From contig DATMAM010000009.1 in NCBI GenBank assembly GCA_035559995.1, positions 3,855 to 67,854 of the forward strand: DNA of 64,000 nt, in the 5' to 3' direction. This DNA is from Candidatus Acidiferrales bacterium. GTDB lineage: Bacteria; Desulfobacterota; Binatia; UBA9968. The notes beneath the pieces were generated by a model. The model saw only the letters and a program-made list of their open reading frames with translations. It was not told where the DNA came from and did not search any database. Positions 17,998-27,001 of the stretch are shown here, one piece after another (within the stretch, counting starts at the first letter, position 1; every line of letters begins with the position of its first letter). The position numbers and the translations under genes were made by a program.

Positions 17998-19074
17998 ATG
18001 GCCAGGATCGTAAATTGGCTCGTTGTGTCGGGCTTGGCGCTCGCGCTCGCAACGCCGGCATTGGGCGCGGCGCCGTATTACGAGGGAAAAACCATCGAGG
18101 TGATCATTCCCTTCCCGGTTGCCGGCGGATCGGATATCTGGATCCGCACGATCGGTCCCTATCTCGAGAAGCAAATACCGGGCAATCCAAAGTTCAGCTA
18201 CCGCAACATCGCTGGCGGCAGGGGCATCCCGGGGATGATGGAGTTTGCGCTCAAAGCAAAACCCGACGGCCTCATGGTTCTTGTCACCTCGGCGACCAAT
18301 TACTTTCCGGTTCTCTTGGGCGACAAAGCGGCGAAGTACGATTTTCGCCAGTGGAAGCCGCTCCTCGTGAATCCCGTCGGCGGCGTCATGTACGTTTCCC
18401 CGACTTCAGGCGTCAAGAGGGTAGAAGATCTCGCCCACGCCAAGGACCTGATCTACGGCGGCATCAGCGCGATCGGGCTCGACATGATTCCCTTGATTAC
18501 GTTCGAGCTCCTGGAGCTCGACGCCAAGGGAGTGCTCGGCTTTAAGGGAAGAGGCGAGGCGCGCATTGCGTTCGAGCGCGGCGAAACCAATATCGATTAT
18601 CAGACGACGCCCGCGTACAACGCCACCGTGCTCCCTCTAATCAAGGAAGGCAAAGCGATCCCTTTGATGACTTTTGGCCAGCTCGACGAGAGCGGCCAAA
18701 TCGTTCGCGACCCGGCCGTGCCCGATCTGCTTACGGTTCCGGAAGTTTACGAGAAGCTCAAAGGGAAAAAACCCGCAGGCCGGTTCTGGGACACGTACAA
18801 GACCTTTATGCCTTCGGCGTTTGCCGTGCAGAAGATACTTTGGGTCAAAGGAGACGCGCCCGCCGAGGTCCTGCGGTCTTTTTATGAAGCTGCGGACCGC
18901 CTCGCGAAGGACAAGGACTTCGTCGCCAAAACCGACAAGGTCCTGGGCGGCTACCCCCTGTTGCGCGGCGATCGGCTGGAAAAAACCATCCAGCAAGCCT
19001 TTCAGATCGACCCGGACACGCAGCGCTTCGTGAGGGAATGGGTGAGTCGAAAGTATCGCGTCAAGTTCGACTAG
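17998..19074 (+). CDS. tctC: Tripartite tricarboxylate transporter substrate-binding protein (Bug/TctC family)
   Basis: Signal peptide plus Bug-family core (GGSDIW...NIAGGRGIPGMM). Start ATG 17998 (MARIVNWLVV). Confidence 0.8.
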   Translation: MARIVNWLVVSGLALALATPALGAAPYYEGKTIEVIIPFPVAGGSDIWIRTIGPYLEKQIPGNPKFSYRNIAGGRGIPGMMEFALKAKPDGLMVLVTSATNYFPVLLGDKAAKYDFRQWKPLLVNPVGGVMYVSPTSGVKRVEDLAHAKDLIYGGISAIGLDMIPLITFELLELDAKGVLGFKGRGEARIAFERGETNIDYQTTPAYNATVLPLIKEGKAIPLMTFGQLDESGQIVRDPAVPDLLTVPEVYEKLKGKKPAGRFWDTYKTFMPSAFAVQKILWVKGDAPAEVLRSFYEAADRLAKDKDFVAKTDKVLGGYPLLRGDRLEKTIQQAFQIDPDTQRFVREWVSRKYRVKFD

Positions 19075-19156
19075 GGCTGGAGTATTGGCGTCGCGGAGTA
19101 AAGATTTGGCCCCACCACTCCGACACTGCGCTACTCCGATACGCCAGTGACCCACC

Positions 19157-21091
19157 ATGTGGGACGCTGCCCTAGTCGCGCTCGAGAGGTTCGCCAGCCC
19201 TCTTCATCTCGGCATGCTCACGGCCGGCGTGCTCGCCGGCACGGTGATCGGCATCTTGCCCGGCCTGGGCGGAATCGCGTGCGTCGCGATTCTTCTTCCT
19301 TTCATCTACACGCTCGACGTGCACAGCGCGATGATTCTCCTGGTCGGCTCGCTCGCGGTCGTGCACACTTCGGACACCATCACCTCCGTGCTGATCGGCA
19401 CTCCCGGCTCGGCAGCGGCCGCGGCAACGGTCCTCGACGGCCATCCCCTCGCAAAGCAGGGTCAGGCGGCGCGGGCTTTGAGCGCCGCCTTCCTGTCGTC
19501 GCTGATCGGCGGGTTGATCGGCGCGGTTGTTCTCACCCTCTCGCTTCCGATCGCGCGGCCTCTCGTGCTGCTGTTCGGCTCTCCGGAGCTACTGATGCTC
19601 TGCGTGTTAGGTTTGTCGTTCGCCGGCTTTCTCACGGGCGGCGAGCCGCTCAAGGGCGGGCTTGCGGCCTGTCTCGGCCTGCTGCTGGGAAGCGTCGGCG
19701 CCGCTCCTGCCGAGGCCGTCAACCGCTACACGTTCGACCAACTGTACCTCTTCGACGGCATTCCGCTGGCCGCGGTGGCGTTGGGAGTCTTTGGCATCGC
19801 CGAGGTGATCGACCTTCTCGCCAAAGGGGGCCGGATCGCCGAACGGGTCGGTCTCGGCAGCGGTTGGCTTCAGGGCGCTCGCGATGTCGTTCAGCACTGG
19901 GGGATTCTCGTGCGCGGCGCGCTCATCGGCGTCTGGGCGGGAATCCTTCCCGGCATCGGCGCGACCGCGGGATCGTGGATGAGCTACGGGCACGTGGTTG
20001 CGATGGCGCGCGACCGCGAGCGCTTCGGCAAGGGCGACATCCGCGGCGTCATCGGCCCGGAGAGCGCGAACAATTCCGTGGAGGCGGGCGATTTCATCCC
20101 CACGCTTCTCTTCAGCGTTCCCGGCGGCGCCCCGGCCGCGATCATGCTCGGCGCGCTCTTTTTCTACGGCATTCAGCCGGGCCCCCGCATGGTGCAAGAA
20201 AATCTCGACCTCATATTCACGATCATCTGGAGCTTTGCCATCGCCAATACGATCGGCGCCGGCCTGTGCCTTCTTTTGAGCCCCGCGCTGGCGCGGCTTA
20301 CCTGGCTGCCGTTTGCCAAACTGGCGCCGACCGTCATCGTCACGATCTTTTTCGGCGCTTTTCAAAGTTCCCAGGCCTTCGGCGATATCTATGCGATGCT
20401 CGGATTGGGACTGCTGGGCTGGGTGATGAAGCAGCTCGCCTGGCCGCGCGCGCCCTTTCTGGTCGGTTTTGTTCTCACCAAGCCGACCGAGCAGTATCTG
20501 TGGCTATCGATCAGCCGCTACGGCTGGGAGTGGCTTCTCAGGCCGGGCGTGATCGCTCTGGGGCTCTTACTGCTGGCCTCGATCTTCTGGATCTTACGCG
20601 GCAAAAGCAGTGGAAAAGAGATTCCACTCGAGGAAGCCGGCGAAGCTGTCGTGTTGGGAAAGGTGCCGTCGCTACTGTTCACCGCGTTCGTTTTGCTTGT
20701 CGTTGCCGCCGCGTTCTTTGAGGCGCGCTCGTTTCCGTACCTGGGAGCGATCTTTCCGATCGCGGCTACGCTTCCTGCGATCTTCATGGCGGCGATGCAG
20801 ATCGCGGTCGAGCTCCGCGCGGTCCGCCCGCCGCCGGATGTCGACACGCGGGCGCGAGTTCGGCGGGCCCTCGGCTATTTTGTCGCGCTCGTTGTCTATC
20901 TCCTGCTGATATTGCTCTTTGGCTTTGGGCTTGCGACCGCGCTTTTCACTTTTGCGTTTCTCTACGGCTGGGTGAGAATGACTTGGCCCGGCGCGCTCCT
21001 CTACACCGGGGGCATACTCGGCGCGGCGCAGCTCATGGGCTGGCTGCTCGGCATGTACTGGCCGCAAGGGGTTCTCCTCGAGCTGTATTGA
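19157..21091 (+). CDS. tctA: Tripartite tricarboxylate transporter permease, fused TctA plus TctB-like C-terminal domain
   Basis: The first ~440 aa are canonical TctA (GLGGIACVAILLPF..., duplicated 5-6 TM halves). The last ~190 aa form 4 extra TM helices resembling the small TctB subunit. Confidence 0.75.
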   Translation: MWDAALVALERFASPLHLGMLTAGVLAGTVIGILPGLGGIACVAILLPFIYTLDVHSAMILLVGSLAVVHTSDTITSVLIGTPGSAAAAATVLDGHPLAKQGQAARALSAAFLSSLIGGLIGAVVLTLSLPIARPLVLLFGSPELLMLCVLGLSFAGFLTGGEPLKGGLAACLGLLLGSVGAAPAEAVNRYTFDQLYLFDGIPLAAVALGVFGIAEVIDLLAKGGRIAERVGLGSGWLQGARDVVQHWGILVRGALIGVWAGILPGIGATAGSWMSYGHVVAMARDRERFGKGDIRGVIGPESANNSVEAGDFIPTLLFSVPGGAPAAIMLGALFFYGIQPGPRMVQENLDLIFTIIWSFAIANTIGAGLCLLLSPALARLTWLPFAKLAPTVIVTIFFGAFQSSQAFGDIYAMLGLGLLGWVMKQLAWPRAPFLVGFVLTKPTEQYLWLSISRYGWEWLLRPGVIALGLLLLASIFWILRGKSSGKEIPLEEAGEAVVLGKVPSLLFTAFVLLVVAAAFFEARSFPYLGAIFPIAATLPAIFMAAMQIAVELRAVRPPPDVDTRARVRRALGYFVALVVYLLLILLFGFGLATALFTFAFLYGWVRMTWPGALLYTGGILGAAQLMGWLLGMYWPQGVLLELY

Positions 21092-21161
21092 CAGCGTGTG
21101 CCGGCCGGCGCACTATGAGGGCCGGAAATCCGCAAGAGCCGATCAAGCACGGAGGAGAGCC

Positions 21162-21809
21162 ATGCAGATTCTTAGAAGCTTAAAAGAGCGCTGCGACCCG
21201 GCGGTTGCCTGCCTTCTGGTCGTCGACGTGCAAAACGACTTTGTGAGCAGCGAAGGCTCCTGCGCCAGGCGCGGCGAGGACGTGCGCGCGGCGCAAGCGA
21301 TGGTCCCGCGTCTGGCGCGCCTGATCGAAGAAGCGCGCGCGGTTTCTCTGCCGATCGTTTTTATCAAGACCGAGCACAGCGAGTGGACCGACGCCCCCTC
21401 GTGGGTTTATCGAAAATCGCAACAGAAGCAGCTCAACACGTGCCGCCAGGGATCCTGGGGCGCCGAGTTCTACGGGCCGATCGCGCCGCGCGCCAACGAG
21501 CGCGTCGTGATCAAGCACCGCTACAGCGCCTTCATCAACACCGATCTCAACACGGTTCTCAAAGCCAAGAACGTCCAGAGCGTTCTTGTCACGGGCGTGG
21601 CCACCAACGTCTGCGTCGAGACGACCGCGCGCGACGCTTACATGTACGATTACTACGTAACCTTGGTGGAGGACTGTAGCGCCGCGTACAGCGAGGAGAT
21701 GCACCGGAGCACGCTGAAAAATATCGCCGAGCACTTCGGGCTGGTCGCGCCTTCGGACGAAATCGTTGCTCTCTGGCGAGAGCGCCTGAGCAGCAAGGCG
21801 GTCGCGTAG
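21162..21809 (+). CDS. Isochorismatase-family cysteine hydrolase
   Basis: ACLLVVDVQNDF...VLVTGVATNVCVETTARDA is typical (catalytic Cys in VATNVCV). RBS GGAGGAG upstream of ATG 21162. Confidence 0.75.
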   Translation: MQILRSLKERCDPAVACLLVVDVQNDFVSSEGSCARRGEDVRAAQAMVPRLARLIEEARAVSLPIVFIKTEHSEWTDAPSWVYRKSQQKQLNTCRQGSWGAEFYGPIAPRANERVVIKHRYSAFINTDLNTVLKAKNVQSVLVTGVATNVCVETTARDAYMYDYYVTLVEDCSAAYSEEMHRSTLKNIAEHFGLVAPSDEIVALWRERLSSKAVA

Positions 21810-21841
21810 CGGCCGGCCACAGGGCGGAGTCGATTCTTCGG

Positions 21842-22867
21842 TTACTTGACAATCTCCCGCAACCGGCTGGCAATCGATGGCTCCAGGTTAAAGAAGCGCC
21901 CGACGATCTTCTCTAGCTCTTCCCCGCTTGCCGGAGCGAGATCCATGTTGGCCTTGCTGGCTTCGGCCAGAAATTCCGCATCCCTCATGGTCTCCATGAA
22001 TGCCTTGCGGACAAGTTGCACGCGCTCCTTCGGGGTTCCCGGCGGAAGCGAGTAGAGATAGGTGATCGCGCTCACGTCATGAATGCCGACCGCGATGAGC
22101 TTCCTCGCATCTTCGGTTTTCGCCAGGCTGATCGCGAGCGGAACGTTCGGGAGCTCGGGATGGGCGCTCGGAGCGTTTTGCAGGACGACGAGCGCGTCGC
22201 CCGCCTCCAGCGCCTTGCGCCACGTCGACTTGGCGGACGCCCACGAGATGCCGCACAGGCCCGCCACCTCGCCTGCCTCCGCCGCCACGCGGATTTCCGA
22301 CGTGCCCTTGTAGCCGGCAACGACCTGAATCGGTAACCCAAGAGCCTCCTTTAAAATCATCGAGTTCTCATACGTCGTCGCGCCCGGCGGCGTCGATCCC
22401 AATTTGACCGGCGTGCTGGCGGCCAGCCACTTCTCGACGCTTGTGATGCCGCTCGCTTTGGTCATGACGCAAACGTCGTGATTCTTCACCGGCGAGCCGA
22501 CATACTCGAACTTTCTCACGTCGAACTCGAGGCCCTTGCGACCGACCGCCTGGGCCAAGACCAGCGTGCCTATCCAATTGCCCAGCGTAAGGCCGTCCGG
22601 CTTCGCTACCTTATAGAGGTGATTGACCGCGATCATAAAGCCGGCTCCAGGCATGTTGTCGACGATGATCGCGGGATTTCCGGGAATATATTTCCCCATG
22701 TGCCGCGCGATCGCCCGCGAATACGTGTCGAACCCGCCGCCCGGAGCGGCGCCGACGACGATGCGGATGGTTTTGCCCTCGTAAAATGGCGCCGCGGCGT
22801 AAAGAGCACGCGCGCCGAAGGTTACGGCGACAAAAACCCCGGCGATCACCGAGCGCGTTTTAATCAT
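21842..22867 (-). CDS. Bug/TctC-family substrate-binding protein (second paralog)
   Basis: Signal peptide (MIKTRSVIAGVFVAVTFGARALYA) plus Bug core. Start ATG 22867. Confidence 0.75.
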   Translation of the reverse strand: MIKTRSVIAGVFVAVTFGARALYAAAPFYEGKTIRIVVGAAPGGGFDTYSRAIARHMGKYIPGNPAIIVDNMPGAGFMIAVNHLYKVAKPDGLTLGNWIGTLVLAQAVGRKGLEFDVRKFEYVGSPVKNHDVCVMTKASGITSVEKWLAASTPVKLGSTPPGATTYENSMILKEALGLPIQVVAGYKGTSEIRVAAEAGEVAGLCGISWASAKSTWRKALEAGDALVVLQNAPSAHPELPNVPLAISLAKTEDARKLIAVGIHDVSAITYLYSLPPGTPKERVQLVRKAFMETMRDAEFLAEASKANMDLAPASGEELEKIVGRFFNLEPSIASRLREIVK

Positions 22868-23166
22868 ACCCGTCTCCTGCCCGGCTTTTTCTTTCCTCGG
22901 CCCTCCCGCATTCGGGCGCGCGCCGCAATGGCCACTCTGGCTACCCATGACAAATGGGGATGACCCGGCCATGGCGGACTTTCCTTCGGGCCGCCTTCCG
23001 GCTTACTATCTCGCGCAGCAAAAATTGTCCATCGCGTTGTCTCTCCATCGAGACCGACAGGGGCTAGCGTTCGCGCCGCTTATCGACAAGAAACGGGTAG
23101 CGTTGACATGGGGCCAAAGTTTGTCGGATACTCGCGGCTCGATTCCACCCGCGATTGGAGCGCGCG

Positions 23167-24135
23167 ATGAAGATCGACGTTCACGCCCACTATATACCCG
23201 AGAGGTTTTTTACGCCCGACGGCACCATTCGCGTCACCCGCGAGCGCAGCGAGGAGGTCCTCTATCACGCCTCGCGCCGCACCGGCGCCGGCAAGGGAAT
23301 TTACGATCTCGAGCTGCGCCTGAAAGAGATGGACGCCCAGGGCGTGGATCTCCACGTCATGTCCGTTCTGCCGCCGCTCTTCGTGAACCACATCGAGCCG
23401 CAAAAGGCCGTCGCGGCGTGCCGCGTCATCAACGATGCGTTCGCCGAAGCCGTCAGCCGCCACCCGCGGCGGCTCGTCGCGATCGCAAACCTGCCGATGC
23501 AAGCGCCGCAGGAGGCGGCGCGCGAGCTCGAGCGCGCCGTCAAGGACCTCGGCATGAAAGGCGCCGAGATCTGCACCAACATTGCCGGGAAGAATCTGGA
23601 CGATGAGAGCCTTGCGCCGTTTTACCGCAAGATGCAGGAGCTGGACGTGCCCGTGTTTCTGCATCCCAACAACGTCCTCGGCCAAGACCGCCTCGCGCGC
23701 TACCACCTCGGAAATCTCATCGGCAACCCGACCGATACCGCGGTCGCCGCGGCGAGCCTTATCTTCGGCGGCGTGCTGAAAGAGTTCCCGCGCCTGAAGT
23801 TTTATCTCGCGCACGGCGGCGGTTCCTGCCCGTACCTGCGCGGGAGGTGGGAGCACGGCTGGCGCGTGAGAGCGGAAGCGAAAGTCAACATTCAAAGGCC
23901 GCCGAGCGAGTACGTGCCGCGCCTGTACTTCGACTCGCTGACGCACTCGGGGCCGGCGCTCAACTTTCTCGTCGAGACCATGGGCCCGGAGCGCGTCATG
24001 CTGGGAACCGACTATCCCGCGGACATGAGCGACCCCGATCCGGTCAAAACGATCGCCTCGCTGCCGCATCTTTCGGACGCGGAAAGGGAGATGATCTACG
24101 GCGCAAACGCGATGAGGCTCTTCCAAATCGGCTGA
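23167..24135 (+). CDS. Amidohydrolase_2 (ACMSD/LigW-like metal-dependent hydrolase/decarboxylase) family protein
   Basis: MKIDVHAHY... with the HxH metal motif at the N-terminus; His and Asp (GTDYP) later. Start ATG 23167. Confidence 0.75.
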   Translation: MKIDVHAHYIPERFFTPDGTIRVTRERSEEVLYHASRRTGAGKGIYDLELRLKEMDAQGVDLHVMSVLPPLFVNHIEPQKAVAACRVINDAFAEAVSRHPRRLVAIANLPMQAPQEAARELERAVKDLGMKGAEICTNIAGKNLDDESLAPFYRKMQELDVPVFLHPNNVLGQDRLARYHLGNLIGNPTDTAVAAASLIFGGVLKEFPRLKFYLAHGGGSCPYLRGRWEHGWRVRAEAKVNIQRPPSEYVPRLYFDSLTHSGPALNFLVETMGPERVMLGTDYPADMSDPDPVKTIASLPHLSDAEREMIYGANAMRLFQIG

Positions 24136-24182
24136 CGGCGCCGCAAGGATGACTCGACCGCGGAAGCGCGTTTGACGCGCGG

Positions 24183-25301
24183 CTATTTTCTCTCGGCTTT
24201 GGGGAAAGCGAACGCTTCCACGATCTTCGCCATCCAGAGCTGCTTGAGATGCTGCTGCTGCCAGTCCACCAGCGAAAACTTCTTTCCCCGCAGCAGCTTT
24301 TCCAGGGCGGAACCCGGCGTATAGAAAGACGCGCTGATCGGCTCGTGCTCGTCGATGATCGCCTGCCCTTCGGCGCTTGCCTGAAACTCGAGCCAGAGGA
24401 GCGCGGCGTGCGGGCTATTGGCTCCCTTCAGCACGCCCTGCGTCTCTTTGATCCTTAACGGCACTGGCTCGATCGCCTTGTAGGCCAAAGACCCCGTGGG
24501 ATCTTTTTTCATCACGCGCACGACCGCGTTCAAATCGATGCCGGCGTGGAGCGCATATTCGCCGGCGGCCATAGAAGTGAGGATTCTCGTTCCCCCGCGC
24601 ACCCAGATCGGCTCCTGCGCGGCGAGTTTTTTGCAGTAGTCGAGCACCCGCTCCAACCCAAGCGCGGGCACGAGATCGCTTTGCGTCTTGGGACGCACGT
24701 CGACGATGAATTTTCTCCCCTTGAATTCAGGCTTGAGAAAATCTTCCCAGCGATCGGGAACCTTCTCCGCGGCGATGAGATTTTTGTTGTAAGGCACCAC
24801 CCCCGCGTCCGCGGCCAGAGCCACGATGCTCCGGTTGTGCGGGTCGATCATCTTCTCCTCGATGGCCAAGATCTTCTCGGCGGCCATGCCGAGGATGTCG
24901 ACCTTCAAAGCGAACGGAACAAAGTCGTTGAAATAGTCGGCCGCAAATTGCGCCACATCCCAGCCTTTGGCGACCCCGCCCTTGAGCTCCAGCAGAAAGC
25001 GCTGCGCGGCGTCCTGGCCGTCGAGCTCCTCGACATAGAGGTCAAGGAATGGATACTTCTTCCTGAAGGCGGCTGTCATCGCCCTGATCGTCGGCGGAGC
25101 CAAAGAGGTCAAGGCTCTGACTTTCCCTTCCGCTTTCGCTCTCGCTAGGATTTCATCGCGGCTGGCGACAAAAATGTATCCCCGCGCTTCGGCCTCCTTT
25201 TGCGCCTTGAGCGGCGCGGGAGCCGACGGACCGGCGGCGGCGCCTAACAGGGAAGGTCCTGCCAAGATCCACCAAGTGAGCGCGCTCAGGAAGGCCTTCA
25301 T
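24183..25301 (-). CDS. ABC transporter substrate-binding protein, family 1
   Basis: Signal peptide (MKAFLSALTWWILAGPSLLGAAAG). SBP_bac_1-like. Confidence 0.7.
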   Translation of the reverse strand: MKAFLSALTWWILAGPSLLGAAAGPSAPAPLKAQKEAEARGYIFVASRDEILARAKAEGKVRALTSLAPPTIRAMTAAFRKKYPFLDLYVEELDGQDAAQRFLLELKGGVAKGWDVAQFAADYFNDFVPFALKVDILGMAAEKILAIEEKMIDPHNRSIVALAADAGVVPYNKNLIAAEKVPDRWEDFLKPEFKGRKFIVDVRPKTQSDLVPALGLERVLDYCKKLAAQEPIWVRGGTRILTSMAAGEYALHAGIDLNAVVRVMKKDPTGSLAYKAIEPVPLRIKETQGVLKGANSPHAALLWLEFQASAEGQAIIDEHEPISASFYTPGSALEKLLRGKKFSLVDWQQQHLKQLWMAKIVEAFAFPKAERK

Positions 25302-25397
25302 CGTCTCACCTCCGGGTAGGCTTGCGTGATCGAGCGGGGCGGTATTTGAAAAAGAGGTACTCGACGGATTTTGCCGTTTTGTTTCGCCGCGGCACGG

Positions 25398-26171
25398 CTA
25401 CTCCCACAGGCCCTCCGGCAGAGGAAGGCCGGCGAGGTCGGCGGGGCTGAGCCGGGCGGCGGGATCGATGCCGAGGCGCTCGAGCACGGCGATCAACTGG
25501 CGCGCGTGCTGCGCCGAATGCCAGGTCGAGCGCTCGAGCAGCCGGTGCAGCGAGGGCGCGCCATAAAAAGCCTTCACGTTTTGCCGGCACGACTTGTCTT
25601 CGAGCTTCGCCCACCAGCCCTTGAGCCTCTCGATCACGCGATCGCCGTACGCCGCGATCTCTCCGGCGTTCGTGCACGCCTCCTCTTTCGGCTGAAAGTT
25701 GACCGCCGCTAGCGAGTACTCGGCGCCCTCGGCGGCCACCTCGAGAAAAGCCTCGGCGATCCGAAAAATGTGGTGGCCCAGCTGCCGGATCGAGCGCGGG
25801 CGATTCTCTATCGCGCGCTCGTTCAGCCGGCCGGCCGGGATCTGGCGGATACAGCGCTCGGCGGCGCTAAGCACAATCGCCCATTTCTCGACCAGGATTT
25901 CGGGCGCAAGCGGGGTATGCGCGGTGCCCTGGAGCCCTACGAACTCGGCTACGTCTTCCAGGTTCTGGCAGAAGATGTACTGATCGCCCTTCGCGAGCAC
26001 GGGCACGGTCGCAACGCCGAGCCTCAGCAGCCTTTCGCGCGCCCCGAGATCGTTGACGATGTCGACGGCGGCGAAGTCGATGCCTTTTTGCGAAAGGAAC
26101 TCTTTCGTTCTAAGGCAACTGCTTCAGCCGGGCTGCGTGAAGAGGATGAACTGCTCGCCGGCGGCTTTCAT
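25398..26171 (-). CDS. Glutaredoxin-fold (UxxC) domain fused to DinB/YfiT-like domain; in-frame TGA at 26126..26124 (codon 16) is a candidate selenocysteine
   Basis: Translating the minus strand from ATG 26171 gives MKAAGEQFILFTQPG-[TGA]-SSCLRTKEFLSQKGIDFAAVDIVNDLGARERLLRLGVATVPVLAKGDQYIF... This is the beta-alpha-beta thioredoxin fold with the active-site dipeptide at the CxxC position and the Grx cis-Pro TVP motif. It runs in frame (39 codons) into track ORF 25398..26006, which is the DinB_2-like domain. Confidence 0.5.
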
Positions 26172-26187
26172 GGACCGACCGAGCGCG

Positions 26188-26216
26188 ACGCTATCAACGC
26201 CGGGTACGCGTGTCAA
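26188..26216 (-). promoter_or_regulatory. Sigma-70-like promoter candidate (TTGACA-N17-TAGCGT) 16 nt upstream of ATG 26171
   Basis: Consensus -35 hexamer with 17-nt spacer, read on the minus strand. Confidence 0.3.
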
Positions 26217-26292
26217 GGCGCGCCGAAGGGGCCTGCCCTGAGCGATGCCGAATCCAGATCCGCTCCTATCGCCGTTCTTTTTTTGCGCGAAC

Positions 26293-26715
26293 TCAATCAA
26301 CAAACCCGCGCATGGTCCGCGGCGTAACGAGAATAGGAACGGCGTAACTCTCCCTGAACTCGGCGGCCGTCAGATCCAGGCTCTTGATCCCTGCCGCGTA
26401 CTTTCTCAGGTACGCCTCGACTCGCTTCGCCTCCGGCGGCTCCGCCAAAATCTTTGCCTCGCCCAGAAGAACGCCCACATCCCCGCCCTCTTCGTCCGTG
26501 TTGAAGTTGAGGGCCACATTTGGATTGCCCGCGATGTGCCTCAGCTTGGCCTTATCTTTTTCGCTGAAGATCAGGACCGTCGCACCGTCCCAATGAAACC
26601 AGACCGGCCTGGGCTGAGGCTGGCTCTTTGCGTCGACCGTGGTGAGCCAGATGATTTTCTCCTCGCGCAGCCGGCGTCTTATGCGCCGGCCGAGACGGCT
26701 GTCAAAATCGAGCAT
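26293..26715 (-). CDS. Pyridoxamine 5'-phosphate oxidase-like (PPOX class, possibly F420/FMN-binding) small protein
   Basis: 140 aa with the split-barrel pattern (IIWLTTVDAKSQPQPRPVWF...NPNVALNF). Confidence 0.55.
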   Translation of the reverse strand: MLDFDSRLGRRIRRRLREEKIIWLTTVDAKSQPQPRPVWFHWDGATVLIFSEKDKAKLRHIAGNPNVALNFNTDEEGGDVGVLLGEAKILAEPPEAKRVEAYLRKYAAGIKSLDLTAAEFRESYAVPILVTPRTMRGFVD

Positions 26716-27001
26716 GCGCGCCTCCGATTGATCCGGCGAGATCCCGCCTTCAGTCGGTCGCGGTCCGGCCTAACGCCGCGCGTCATTCGGCAAGGCCGCT
26801 CCGGCGCGTATTCATCTCGCGCCGGCCGTATGCTATTAGCTTCGTGGGAACAAGAAAAGCCCTTCATGGAGAAGTCACGGAAGGCGACTTTTGGCGGCAC
26901 GGGAAAGCGCATCCGATCGCCGTCCGCCCCGAGGAGCCGAGGGGCGCGTAGCGTCGGCGGTCGCGCGCATCTGCGCGCGGCTCGATATCCGGAGGAGGAC
27001 G

